A stretch of 62,927 nt of DNA, filler included, from Ministeria vibrans ATCC 50519 (GCA_943704425.1; 8 parts of 8 records of this genome joined end to end with filler, not necessarily neighbours in it), one strand, 5' to 3'. Positions 39,191 to 51,522 are shown, counted from the whole stretch's first letter. Numbers and translations: made by a program. Notes: generated by a model not told the origin, from the letters alone.

Positions 39191-39290
39191 NNNNNNNNNN
39201 NNNNNNNNNNNNNNNNNNNNNNNNNNNNNNNNNNTTAATTAATTAANNNNNNNNNNNNNNNNNNNNNNNNNNNNNNNNNNNNNNNNNNNN
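39191..39290. other. Artificial contig linker
   Basis: N44-TTAATTAATTAA-N44. Confidence 0.97.
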
Positions 39291-39431
39291 TGCGCTAATC
39301 GGCCAGTCCGTCTCCTCAACGGGTCCCAGCGACCGCGACTGGCGACCCAATGGCTCCATGTGTCCCGGGGGTGCTGCCATCGCGCCAAACACGACCGAGG
39401 CGACACCAAGTAGCGCACAGAACGAGAACAT
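39291..39431 (-). CDS. N-terminus of a secreted protein, possibly a secreted JmjC/cupin-8 type; truncated by the contig end
   Basis: Signal peptide MFSFCALLGVASVVFG followed by PPGHMEPLG..VEE. Confidence 0.45.
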
Positions 39432-39701
39432 CGTCAAAAATTAATGACGAATAATAATTTAAATAGGCGGAAGTTATTCATTATTGGATACTAATAATTA
39501 TTATTGTCATGAATAAATGGGTTGTATTCTTCTTCTTCTGATTATTATTGTTTTAGTACAGCTCTTAATTCTCTTTAATGGGTTGTATTCTTCTTCTAAT
39601 TAATATCATTCAATGAGTACAGCAGTACAGCTCTCTCCCCTCTCCTCTCCTGTAACCTTATGGTACACTCTTTTTTTTAGTTAAACAATGATCAGTCGTC
39701 G

Positions 39702-41089
39702 CTACTCGCCTGGTTCTCCCTCCCGCGGTTGGTTCCGTGCACGCAGATACGTATTCAATCGATCGCTGTCAATAAAGCAACGCTGTTTTCGGAACCACCG
39801 AATGAAGGCAATGGCGGCGCGCTTGCGGTCTGGCACTCCACCAGGCAGCAGCATGTTGTGCCGCCGCGCCACCGCACGTAGTAGCTCCTGTACCGAGTCG
39901 GTGGGTATCTCGAGCTTGAACTCGTCGACGTAGCCAAACATTTGCATGCGGTTCAGCGTGTACAATTGGTAGTCGGCAACGACCTGCTCGCCAACAAGCG
40001 AGTCGCGGAACGAGCCAATAGCGGCCACTCGTAACGCGTCTTCAATCGTCTCCATTGACGCCGGCATGATCCCAGGTGAATCAATCACCCGTGTGTCGCC
40101 ACCAGAATTGCGCTCAACCACAATGTCCTGACCTAGAGCCCGCGTCACGCCGGGCTCATTGCCCATGCGCACACAGTTACCCTTGTTCAGCGATGCCCGT
40201 CGCATTGCATTGATGAAGGCTGACTTGCCTACATTGGGAATGCCAACGACAAGAAGGCGACGCTGTATCAATCCGGTCCGTGACACTCCAGACGGAAGCT
40301 CGCGCTTTGCCTCAACCGCCGCTTCAATGGCACCCCGAATCACCTAAAATGAGGATTCATTGATGTGGGCTATCTCCATACATCGCCACAGCACAAGAAG
40401 CACACCGCATTCACGAGCCATCACATTGAACAACACACCGCATTGAGCAAACACATGTCATTGAACAAACACACCACATTAAACAACACATCACATTAAA
40501 CAACACATGACATTGAGCAAACACACCATATCACATTAAACAGCACATGAGACATTGAGCAAACACACAATATCACATTAAACAACACATGACATTGAGC
40601 AAACATATGACATTGAACAAACACACCATATCATATTGAACAGCACATCACATTCCCATCGATGAAACTACCTTTTTTGTGTCTTTTGCGTGACATTCAA
40701 GTGAATTGATGAAGAAACACCGCCGATCTGCCCGATTCTGCTTGGCCAGCTCCCGCATGATCATGCTCCGTCGCGAAGGTGGTATCAGGTCGCACTTGTT
40801 CAGCACAAGAACGCGCGGACAGTCCAGCGAGTTCAGCAGTGGATTTCGACCGCTGAAAGGAATGCGCGCGTCATGCACCTGCGCACAACACCACCCAGAG
40901 GGTCAATCAAACGGCATACCCCCACCTCCCCACAGCCACATCGCTTCGTTTCACGCCGCTTACCTCAATCACACAATCGGTCTTTTTCAGAAACAGCCTC
41001 ACATCGCGAAGGCCCTTGTTCATGTGCCCAATGAACCAGCTCAGGCTGTTCTTCGCCCCCGAGAACACAAATTCCTTTCGGAAACTCAT
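39702..41089 (-). CDS. MTG1: Mitochondrial ribosome-associated GTPase 1 (RbgA/YlqF family)
   Basis: WFIGHMNKGL, EVHDARIPFSGRNP, NKCDL, GIPNVGKS, PGVTR, DSPG. Confidence 0.9.
40420..40652. repeat. Degenerate intronic minisatellite (CACATTGAGCAAACAC-like units) in MTG1
   Basis: Direct inspection. Confidence 0.7.
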
Positions 41090-41144
41090 TCTCGATTACA
41101 GACTGAATAAAATTCTACAGTAGAGTTGATTGAGATTCAGACTC

Positions 41145-41243
41145 CCCTCTCAATTCTAATCAAGAAGTCAAGTTAGACTTTGAACCCCTCTCAATTCTAA
41201 TCAAGAAGTCAAGTCAGACTTTGAACCCCTCTCGTTTGTCTCA

Positions 41244-41336
<93 letters not shown>

Positions 41337-41410
41337 TATAATCGAAACTTCAGTTCAGTCAGACTAGAAACCCTCTCAATTCCAATCAAGACTTGAGTCA
41401 AGACCTTGAA
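41145..41410. repeat. 41-bp direct repeat x2 plus a third degenerate copy around a (CA)n tract, upstream of MTG1
   Basis: CCCTCTCAATTCTAATCAAGAAGTCAAGTYAGACTTTGAAC at about 41145 and 41186; CCCTCTCAATTCCAATCAAGA at 41371. Confidence 0.8.
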
Positions 41411-41426
41411 GCGAATCGTAGTTTGT

Positions 41427-44400
41427 TTATTTTTTCTTGGACTTCATCAGCTTCACTTCCAGCTGCGTCATATTCTTCGCCAGGGCCAGACCTACGCAAA
41501 AGCACCGTGTCAGAATCACACTGCACCACACACTAGCACGTACTCTTTTCCTTTTCACGAGCCAGTCGATGCTCCAAATTGCGTGTGTCCACAAGCGCCT
41601 TCTCGCGCCCAAACTCGCTCTTGGCCACCTCTGCCTTCGTCTCAAGCAGCATATTTCGTAGCTCATGCACTTGGTCCTACGCATAGTGTATACATATCAA
41701 CAACAAAATAAAATGACACTGATCGCTCTCGCTCTCGGTGTTTCTCTCCTCTATTCCATACCTTGAGTGTGTCTCGCTCGCCAAGGATGGCCATCACGTC
41801 AGAGTCGTGCAGGCCCATCTCGCGTGCAGTCAGCACAGGACGGTCGGGATCGTGCGGCTCACTCGCGCGCCCTTCCATTGGCGTGTCCTGAGCGCGCTGA
41901 CGCAACACAAGCAACTCGTTGTCTTGCTCAATCAGCTGCATTTCAAGCCGTGCAATGGCACGAGTCTGCTCCACCATGGACGCCTTGGCCGCCTCCACCT
42001 GTCGCACTAGATTCCCATTGTCGATGTGCGCGCGTACCTCCTCAGACCCACGCCCTCCATCACCATCCGCGTCCGTCTCCACACCGCTGCTCAGTTTTTC
42101 CATCAGTCCCTCTTGCACCGCCCAATGCATCTCCCGCTCCACCTGCAGTTGTGCCTTCAGCGTCTCCGACACGTCTTCCACCTCGCCCAGTCGGCCCTTC
42201 AGACGCCTCTCGGACGCCTCGTACTCGCGTACCCGTGACAAAGCGGCCTGCAAGTCCGCATGGACCTTGGACAACTCCTCTGTCAGCGATTGAGTCTCTT
42301 CGTGGCTGGCCGTCGTCGTCGCACGCACAAGTGGCGGTGCCGCACCGCGACCGACCGTGACCGCCGGTGTTGCGGTGGTCGCCGAAGGTGGTGATAGTGG
42401 TGGGCCCGCCTGAGACGCGTCTACGTGTGTGGAGACAAAACTGCTTGCGACCGAGCTGGTGTCTCGGTCGTCATGCAAATGAGGGGTCGAGTCAAGCGAC
42501 GGCAGGGCGACGCCGTCAAACGAAGAGAGCTGTAGGATGACGCGCAATCGGCCGCGTGGCTCGACGTCCACCCACAGGCTCGTGATAGGTTCGCTGTGCA
42601 GCACCGACAATAGGAACATGCCGCGTCCGAGTAGTGTGGTGTCGCCCTCCGTGTCGCGTGCCCAGCAAAGTACTTCGGCAATGCGCGCATTCTGCACGTC
42701 GTAAAAGTCAAGTCGTTCATTCCAGGTAGGCGACGTCGCGCTCTGGTCTGACGATGCCTCTTTGCTCGACAGTACCACCGTAACGGCACTCGTCTCGCGG
42801 TCGGCCGTCGTTGCCGCATGCCCACCGCTCGCAGCACCGCCGTTGCGGGCGGTCTTGGTGGCTGAGGGCAGGTTCGACAGCACACGCACGACACAGAAGC
42901 ACGACAGGGTTGAATAATAGCGCGACTCGCTCGGCAAGATGTCCACAGCCGACGCCACCGTAATGGCCAGGTCGCCTTCAACACCGTGACGCGCTAGCTC
43001 CACGCCAAACGACTGCGGCGTAATGTTGACACGCAAGCGGCCTTGCGGCTCCACGTCTATCCACGCCTCCTTAGTCTTGCCCCACGACGTGCGCAATGTG
43101 CCCATGTTGAACGTGGCCGCTCCGATGCACGAATCCTCCGAGCCGGCGCTCTCGCTGCCCACACGACGCGACTTGACCATGATGTAGAGACGTTGAAAGT
43201 CTTCGACGTAAAACACAAAGCGTTCGTTCCACTGAGGAGTTCGTGAGGTTGCGGACACAAGCTTGGTAGTACCCTTCACCGGAGACTTGTCCACACACAC
43301 CACGCAGTAGAGCTGCGTGTTTTTGTCGTTTGTGGCACGACGCAGACCCTTGGCCGACACAATACCCACTAGCACACTGCCCGCGCCACTCTTCGCGTTG
43401 CCTCCACTACTTGAGCCGGACACGCCACGCGACAGTCCAAATGAGCGCTTGCGCCGCGCCGTCAACGACGAACTGATGCCCAGCATGCGCGCCACTTCGG
43501 TCGACGTGTCCTCGTCGGTCGTCATGGCCGATGTATCCACCGTGCCTGCACTCGTCAGCACGGACACTACTGAGGTGTGTCGCGACGGTGACATGGCCGA
43601 CCGTACGTCATCCTTGGCCTCGTCGGTAGTGTCGCTGACAGTACCAGCAGTACCAGCGGCGGTGGTCGTCGACGAGGACGGAGGTGGTAGTGATGGCGAC
43701 ACGACACGCGTCAGAGGTGGCGCGGCGCCGCGATGGACAGGAGAAGCCTCAGGAGCGTCGCGCGCGGTAGGCTTGCGAATGCGCGAGGGGGTCTTGCGCT
43801 CGGTCGCGACTAGTGCTGACGAGGAAGAGCGAATGTCGCTGTCGGAGAGGACAGTAGAGCCGACGAGGCGCTGTTGAATTTCGTTGGCACGCGCGCGCAA
43901 AGCGTCTGCTTGGCGGTAGTGTGTGGTGGTAAGCGAGTACAGCTCGGCAAGGTTACGCAGGGGACGGATGAGCTGGGCGTCGTTGTCTTTGGATGAGTCC
44001 TTGGCTTCCTGTAGTGCCAGCGCGCGTTCGCCCACCACAACCGCCTTGTCAATGCGGTCCGTCGAGTGGTAGAGCACGGTGAGCAGAAGGAGCAGGTAGA
44101 GGGTGTCGGCACTTTCGCGACCCACTTCAAGCTCGGCAACGACCAACGAACCCTCGGCAATAGTGAGCGCATCTGCATACTGACCATCGACAAAGAGCTC
44201 GTGCACTTTAAGCGACTGGCGCGAAATAGCCGAAGTGAGCATGCGCGCAAGATGTCGCGGAGGCATCTTGAGCAGCTTGGTCGCACGTGACGAGGACATA
44301 CTGGCAGTCGCATTGGACGAGGACAATGGTCGCGCAGCAACCGTCTCGTCCCGGTCACTCTTGCCCGTTGCAGGGGCGTCGCTTTCTGCGGCAGCCGACG

Positions 44401-45501
44401 CCGCCTCTAACGCCGCCTCAACTTCCGCATCATCGTCCACTTTTCCTTCGTCGTCGTCATCATGGTCGTCGTCGTCTTCTTCTTCCTCCTCTTCAACATC
44501 ATGCACCGGATGGGGGTCGTCGGCCAGCAACGTCGACTCGGACACGTCAAGATCGGCGACTCCAGTGCGCTCCACAATGCTCTGCAACACCGAGTCCACC
44601 GCCTCGTCCGTCACAGTCTCATCCTGCTCCACCAGGGTTGACTCTGCCGCCGCGGCAGTTGTCGTCGCCGTCGTCGTCCCCGACGACTTGTGCGAGGACG
44701 ACGAACGATTCTTTTTCGAGAAGATGCTAGCGAGACCACGGCGACCGTGAGGCATAAGCCGCGAACGCGAGTCGGCCTCTGTTGCAGCAGGATTGGCGTC
44801 GTAGGCATAGCGATCAGACTGCCGTCGGTGTGTGTCCATTTCCGATACCAAACTCATTTGGCTGATGCTACTGCCGCCGTCCTCGCTGCCTTCGTTTGCA
44901 GCCAAAGGTCGCGCCATGCCGCCGGACGTCGCCGTATCCACCGATTCGTCGCCCGCGTCCACAGGCTCCAGCTCAATACGGCACTCGAGAACAAGTCGCT
45001 CCACAGCACGCATCAAGGGCTTCAGTGTGAGGGTGGCCGTCGTGGTGGATCGGCCGCTCAGGACCGCATGCTGCGCTACGTCAATGGTGAGCACACCGCC
45101 CACGGATTGTCCTATGCCAATGGCCAGTCGCAAATCTTTGGGCTCGAATCGATCGCTGTGGCGGTACAGAGTCGCCAAGAGCGACAAGGACGACGCGTCC
45201 GACTCTGGCGGCCACGTTGCTTGAAAAACATCGTCGTGGGCGGCCAGAAGCGCAACCTGGGACGTCGCCTGGAACGCAAACAGAAGACAAGCGAGAAAAA
45301 ACAAAACAAAAATCAACACCAGTCCGTTTGTTGGGTATAATTGTGTTGTGTGGCATCGTACAACACGCGCTCCTCGCTTGATGGTCACGGTCGTGGGCGA
45401 CGCTGCAAGCGCCTCGATGGCTGAAGCGGGGACAGTCGACGAGCCGCTGACGCGCTTTGTTTTGGGATGGACACTCACGCACAGCACAGTGATATTCACA
45501 T
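41427..45501 (-). CDS. Large multidomain protein: possible N-terminal NT-C2, TPR-like helices, two C2 domains, C-terminal coiled coil; start uncertain
   Basis: 1278-aa ORF; VGIVSAKGL..LYCVVCV..TPQWNERFVF and ITVASAVDI..SPTWNERLDF (C2 domains); LRNLAELY (kinesin-light-chain-type TPR). Confidence 0.7.
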
Positions 45502-46048
45502 GATAGCGGTATCTCTACAGGGCAGACAAGACGCGCATGGCGGCATTATGGAACATGGTAAGGGACGAAACACCGCAGAGGCCGCAATGGCCTTCGCAGG
45601 AGGGCGAATAGGGACTGTGATGGGTTGGGACGAACCTCCGTGCCAGCCGCACGACGGCGGAGTCCTCGGACGGTGCGCTTCATGTGCCCACACTACTGGT
45701 GTTGTTCTGCGAGGAGGGGGGTGCTTCGACGGGCCGTGGAAAGAGACAAAGGCCGAGAGGGAGAGTACAAAAAGTGAATTAATAGTCATTCTTATCACGA
45801 TTCACTAGAGGGGTTGGCTGGTCGCCAGGAGACTCACGACCCACAGACAGACTCAGTCGCGCCCAGCTCATTTTTCCAAGTATGATAACACATGCCATAC
45901 TCTCGGCGGGTGCCACGACGCGCACTTGAATCAATCGTTACTACTACATCATTCTCTCTCTCTCTCTCTCTCTGCGCACTCTTGGAAAATCGAAGAATAC
46001 ACATTGGCTTGAAATACAGTATAGACAGAGCGAGTGCGGATCGCTGCG

Positions 46049-46380
46049 TCACGGAGGGGCCTCTGCTTCGCGCTGGAAATCCTCCTAGAACACACAACAG
46101 GGTCAAGGAGGGGCGGGGGCGCAGTGGCGGGCGCGCGACGAACCTCGTTGTAGACGACGACAACGTAGAGCGAGCAGCTGGGGCACAGCGCCGTGTCTTC
46201 GCCGTCGCACAGCTCGTCACGCGTGATGCTGAATCGGTCGCCACACGGACACGGGAAGTAGTACGTCTCACTCTCCTGCAAACCCCACAAATGAACACAA
46301 ATCTCCATTTTACTTTTTATTTCACCAACCTCGTCATATTCAAAGTCTTCGATCTCCACCTCATCATGGAAGACGGACAT
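46049..46380 (-). CDS. DPH3: Diphthamide biosynthesis protein 3 (CSL zinc finger, KTI11)
   Basis: [17 protein letters not shown]|[24 protein letters not shown]. Confidence 0.95.
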
Positions 46381-46832
46381 GACGAACAGGCGCCGAAAAC
46401 AAACACAGAAAACAAATGAGTGAGCTGTGACTTGTGACTTGTGAGTTGTGGGAATGTGACAATGATTCGGATATTACGACACATTCGTATTATAAGAAGT
46501 GTTCTCACTCAGACACAGCTTCAATGCAATTCTTCATATTGACTCGTAAAAACAACATGGCCTCTTATACCTATTTTGACCTGGGATGCGCCGAGCGCGC
46601 CCTCGTGTCGTATTCGCGTCGTCTTCACAATGACTTATTTTCGACCGAATGTATAAATAAGTCGAAATCACTCGCGACGCAAATAGCACAGGATATCCGA
46701 GCAATCTGCTGCTCATGAATCATGACAGACGAATACACCAAAAGAAAGAGAAAAGTATGTCATTCATACTGTTTTATTCAACTTTTTATTCAACTTTTTA
46801 TACAGTGCTCTGATGGTGTTTCTCTTTTTACA

Positions 46833-47478
46833 TCACTCGATCAGCTCAAGCACTTTGATTGTGCCACGACTATTGGCTGCCAGTACAACATTCGATTCGG
46901 TCTTCCAGTAGACAGAACTCACAAACAGATTGGGATCGTCATTCTCCTGCCAACAAAAGAAGAATATGAAACACTTCTATTATCTCTCCTTATCAATGTG
47001 AGTACCGCAAATTTATGTGATGTTAACGGCTTCGACAGCGCTTTGTAGTAGGAATAAACAGAGTTGTTTTCGCTTCCACACGCAAAAAAGTCACCACTCA
47101 CAGACAGACCCACAAAGTTCTTCTCGTTACTGAAATCCAAAATAATTTAAAGCAGGTAAACAAAAAGCAAACCAAAAGTATGTTTGTTTCAAACGTACGT
47201 GTGACCAGTAAAGGTGCGTACGGATTCGCTGCAAGCAAGATTCCACAACTTGAGTGTGCTGTCGGTGGAAGCACTCACAATTTCATCGCCATTGAGGAAC
47301 TTGACATACGACACCGCCTTTGCACACAGAAGTGAGTGTGAGTGTGCGTGTGTGTGTGTGATAGACAAGACAGTCAACAGTGAGGAATCAGGGCTTGGTC
47401 AGTTACCTTCTTGTGTCCTTTGAACACGCCTAACGGCTCTCGTGGGTTGCGCAGGTCGACATAATGGATGTGATGGTC
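46833..47478 (-). CDS. COP1: E3 ubiquitin ligase COP1 (RFWD2), C-terminal WD40 exons
   Basis: [61 protein letters not shown]. Confidence 0.93.
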
Positions 47479-47579
47479 TAGATAGCATAAATCACATACA
47501 TGAGCATGCACGCACTTGACACATACACACAAACACCACAAAATTATACACACAACCAGTAATAATAAAAATAATAATA

Positions 47580-47678
<99 letters not shown>

Positions 47679-47778
47679 NNNNNNNNNNNNNNNNNNNNNN
47701 NNNNNNNNNNNNNNNNNNNNNNTTAATTAATTAANNNNNNNNNNNNNNNNNNNNNNNNNNNNNNNNNNNNNNNNNNNN
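47679..47778. other. Artificial contig linker
   Basis: N44-TTAATTAATTAA-N44. Confidence 0.97.
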
Positions 47779-47887
47779 AACCTTGTCGAACCTTTCGAAC
47801 CTTGTCGAACCTTGTCGAACCTTGTCGAATATTCGACTGAGATTTCGTAGGTTCGAAAGGTTCGAAGATTCGATTTACCAGGGCCTA
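47779..47887. mobile_element. Probable DNA-transposon terminus with direct and inverted TCGAACC(T) subterminal repeats
   Basis: AACCTTGTCG x4; TCGAACCTTTCGAACCT is mirrored by AGGTTCGAAAGGTTCGA; ends ..CCAGGGCCTA. Confidence 0.45.
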
Positions 47888-48009
47888 TTGGTGTTTTTAC
47901 TTTTTTAAAAAATCGTTCGTTCGGTCAGCCCGACTGAACCTCCTCCCCTAAGTCCCTCACCAAGATCACTTCAATAATCAATTCGCCACCCAAGGCTCCC
48001 TCAACCCTT

Positions 48010-48147
48010 ATGTCCACCTCCCTGTCATACTTTACACCGACAGGAGCACTCTCCCGGGCGGGAAACAAGCAATTCCGCTGCCGTCTTGAGCCATGTTCGA
48101 GCCGAACTGATCGCTTTGGCCCGTTACATGCGAGTACTGAGCTTTAG
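48010..48147 (+). pseudogene. Truncated BED zinc-finger copy
   Basis: MSTSLSYFTPTGALSRAGNKQFRCRLEPCSSRTDRFG then stop; near-duplicate of 49402-49513. Confidence 0.7.
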
Positions 48148-48303
48148 TTGAGAAGAAGTGATTGGAGTTGTTGATGCGTTGCGAATCTGGGCGAATCTGG
48201 AAAAACTTGAGCTGGCGCCCTTTAATCTTGTTTAAAGACTCAATTGACAATTTCAATCCTCTATCCATCTCTTTCTCTGCTGAGTCTGCTCCTTCTGTCA
48301 CTC

Positions 48304-49134
48304 ATGCCACGTTCAGCATCGCGCCGTAACACCTCGACACCCGTCACGACTGCAATAGCGAAAAATACGAAACCCCTAGCCAGCGACACAGACCCACTCA
48401 GCCACTCTGCGCACACTCGCCAAGAACTCGACAGCACCAAGCCCGTGCCACAGTCTGAACCGCAAAGAGGAAGGCGTGCTGTTGAAAACCCAGTGGCGCG
48501 ACATTCAAACAAGTTCTCAGCGCCACTCACAACCGCGACGACAATCACCGCAACCACCACAACCACACCTGTGTCTACGGGCGTTACATCCTCTCCTCGA
48601 AAGGCCGACGTGTCGTTTGAATTTGACGACGATCGCGACGATAACACGCCCGCTCATGTCACGCCGAAACACACTCCATCTCAGCACCCATCAACCTCCA
48701 AAAACGCGACAGCTACCTCGAGCAGCACTACAGCCACACCAGCCTCCATGAAGGCTACTTCCACACCTCAAAAGGCGGATCTGTCGTTTGCTTTCGACGA
48801 CGACAGCGACGAAAACACGACCGCTCTCGCCATCCCAAAACACACTCCACAGCGCCCACCAGTCATGTCCACGCCCACAGTCACATCAAGCACCACCCAA
48901 TCTCCACACTCAGCACTCACGCACAAGACACCCTTTGGCACGGTGACGACCAAGCGAACACTTGCAGATTTCTCTATGGAAAGAGTTGCATCCTCCACGC
49001 CGGCGAAGAAGCGCAAGCGCAATGCTGAGGCCGACTTCAACACCAAAGCAGACGCTGAACTGGAAGAACAGCGGCGCTATTTTGAGTCAATTAAGAACAA
49101 GCCATTGATCGACACGACAAACCTTGACTTTTGA
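48304..49134 (+). CDS. Disordered Ser/Thr-rich nuclear protein, Sororin-like candidate
   Basis: Two SF[EA]FDDD motifs, many TP/SP sites, NLS PAKKRKR, C-terminal ELEEQRRYFESIKNKPL. Confidence 0.45.
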   Translation: MPRSASRRNTSTPVTTAIAKNTKPLASDTDPLSHSAHTRQELDSTKPVPQSEPQRGRRAVENPVARHSNKFSAPLTTATTITATTTTTPVSTGVTSSPRKADVSFEFDDDRDDNTPAHVTPKHTPSQHPSTSKNATATSSSTTATPASMKATSTPQKADLSFAFDDDSDENTTALAIPKHTPQRPPVMSTPTVTSSTTQSPHSALTHKTPFGTVTTKRTLADFSMERVASSTPAKKRKRNAEADFNTKADAELEEQRRYFESIKNKPLIDTTNLDF

Positions 49135-49401
49135 TTTCTTTCCCTGTTTGTTGGTTTGTTCGTCCTGAATTAATAAAAACTACTGAAACATGTACGTAAG
49201 CGAATACCAAGCTGAGCACCATAGGATCAACCGCATAGGATCATTTGAGCGGTTTCTGTCGGTTTTTTTCTTCAGATTCGCCCCATATTCGCAACTGGAC
49301 TGTGCATTTTTTCATTCACAGTCATTCAACTTGACTGGATCTCATGATTCTCATCTCTGCCGAGACCACTTCAATTCGCCACCCAAGGGTCTCCGAACCC
49401 C

Positions 49402-49965
49402 ATGTCCAACGTCCTGTCATACTTTACACCGACGGGAACACTTTCACAGGCAGGAAAGGAGCAATTTCGCTGCCGTCTTGAGCCATGTTCGAGCCGAACG
49501 GATCGCTTTGGCCTGCTCACGAAGCACCCTCGCACGTCTCAGAACTTTGTCAAGCACCTCTGCAACGAGCATGCCTTCACCAAAGATGCCAAGGGGAGGA
49601 TGGTGCCGCCTGAGGAGGACGAGGCGCTTGGAAAAACAGAAAATCGCGCTCGACCCAACAATGCGCTTGTTCCTGCCGAGAGATTGGACACTACGAAAGA
49701 CCAGGAAGAGGATGAACACTCGGACGAAGAAGGGGATGATGAACAAGACGAAGAGGAGAAGCAGGACGAGAAGCAGCAAGAAACCGACGAAGTAGCCGAC
49801 TCGGACGAAGACAGCTCACAAACACGCTCCACTGCTCACGCGCTCCGCCGAAGAAGCGTGCGAAACTCCACCCCATCCAACTGCTGCTCACCTCCCTTGT
49901 TTCCTAGGCCTCACAATCGGTATTGCACACCCCAGCTACCTGCGCGAGCGAAGGAGCGGACGTAA
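49402..49965 (+). CDS. BED zinc-finger ORF with acidic tail (transposon-derived)
   Basis: VLSYF..FRCRLEPC..TSQNFVKHLCNEH fits the BED C-C-H-H pattern. Confidence 0.6.
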   Translation: MSNVLSYFTPTGTLSQAGKEQFRCRLEPCSSRTDRFGLLTKHPRTSQNFVKHLCNEHAFTKDAKGRMVPPEEDEALGKTENRARPNNALVPAERLDTTKDQEEDEHSDEEGDDEQDEEEKQDEKQQETDEVADSDEDSSQTRSTAHALRRRSVRNSTPSNCCSPPLFPRPHNRYCTPQLPARAKERT

Positions 49966-51128
49966 GGGCTTGAGCAGTGCTGTGAGCGATGCGCACTCTG
50001 GTATTCCGTGCGCTGTGCACTCCCCCATACTGTAGTACAGGGCGATCTGGCCGAGTCATTGTCGTTGTGGGGTGGGCAGTTTCCGGCGTGGTCGCACAGG
50101 AGCTACGGCCAGGCATGGCGCCCTTGTCCCAGCCGTTCCGCGGGCGCGTAGTCTTCTCCGCTACAGAGCCAGCCTTTCGCTTTCTACCAGTTCCTGGGCA
50201 CTGTCGTTCTGCTGCGCATTCCTCTACCCCGCGCGGTGAGAATGAGTCGTCGTCGCTATCCTTGTTCTCGTCGTCGTCCGCATTTACGCTTAGGAATTCT
50301 GCATCAACGAAACATCAACACACATTCTGAGACGGCACGCTGTGCCTCACCAGTTAGAGATTTTTTGTACTGGGTCACTCGACCACCTAAGTGAATTTTA
50401 ACCGGCTTCACAGAGAGCTCCGTCCACGTGTACTTAGTAAGCCCAAGCTCATGTACTTGGATGACACGCGCCGAGGTTGCACTGCAGCTGAAGAAGAGCT
50501 TTGCATGGTCTCCTCCAAACTGCGTTCGTTTGACACAATGCTCCCAATTCTTCGACGCATACTTGCACCATGGTCGCTTGTCATACTCTTGAAGTGCGTA
50601 TGCTGACGTCCAGTAGACACGATTTCCGCCTCCTTCGCTGGGAAAACAAGGAACCGGTGTTTGTGCCATGAAAGAGAAGATGGATAAAAGACTGAAATTC
50701 AACAGCAAGTCAGAAGCATATCCTGTCTTGAGACCCACCAGCTTCGCCTGCAGGTCCTGGAAGGATCTCGGAGACGCAACGGTCTACAGTGACTAGTGGG
50801 CAGTGAACAAGAAGAGGAGTAGCATGGGAAGGCAGTAGCAGGCCATGTCCGCCCGTCAGGAGGGCATGTCCAATCGCTATCCACGTGCAAAAAAGGTTTC
50901 TTGCAAACTGCCACGCGATAGGGTCAGAGATTGGCTGTTGGTTGTGTTGTATGTCTGACTGCGTCTTCGCGTAATGACTATAATTATCATTAATAAACAA
51001 GAAACTTGCTGGCGCCGTTTCTTTTCTGCAACAAAAGAGAAACTAAAATAACCCACGTACTGGGAGATCAAGATCAAAGATGAAAAACAGAATAAAAACA
51101 GAATAATTATTATTGACAATTGGGTTAT

Positions 51129-51422
51129 TTATGCACGGAGCAAATTGAGAGAAACGATATTTACGATGCAGGCGGCGGAGTGGACATCCTGGTGGCTCAC
51201 GTCGACACGGTAGGCGGGAGTCACGAGGACAGCAACATCTTGCGCACGTCGCGCCCGTGACAGAGCAACGTAGACCATGAGAGAAGCATTGCTGACGCAG
51301 ATCAATGCCAACCCGCGACAGTGTCTGGCCCTGACTCTTGTGCACCGTCATGGCATAGGCAAGGGTGATGGGAAACTGACGGCGAATGAAGGTGAGGCGG
51401 CCGTTGCGTGGAGTGACTGTGA
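51129..51422 (-). pseudogene. Helitron-type PIF1 helicase C-terminus, frameshifted
   Basis: [36 protein letters not shown] / [11 protein letters not shown]; the expected QL codons are lost, causing a frameshift at about 51275. Confidence 0.85.
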
Positions 51423-51522
51423 NNNNNNNNNNNNNNNNNNNNNNNNNNNNNNNNNNNNNNNNNNNNTTAATTAATTAANNNNNNNNNNNNNNNNNNNNNN
51501 NNNNNNNNNNNNNNNNNNNNNN
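51423..51522. other. Artificial contig linker
   Basis: N44-TTAATTAATTAA-N44. Confidence 0.97.

Noticed and set aside
51129-51422. Cellular PIF1 helicase gene
   Set aside because: The FSHG..YVALSR..NIV ending and the frameshift fit a decayed Helitron RepHel better
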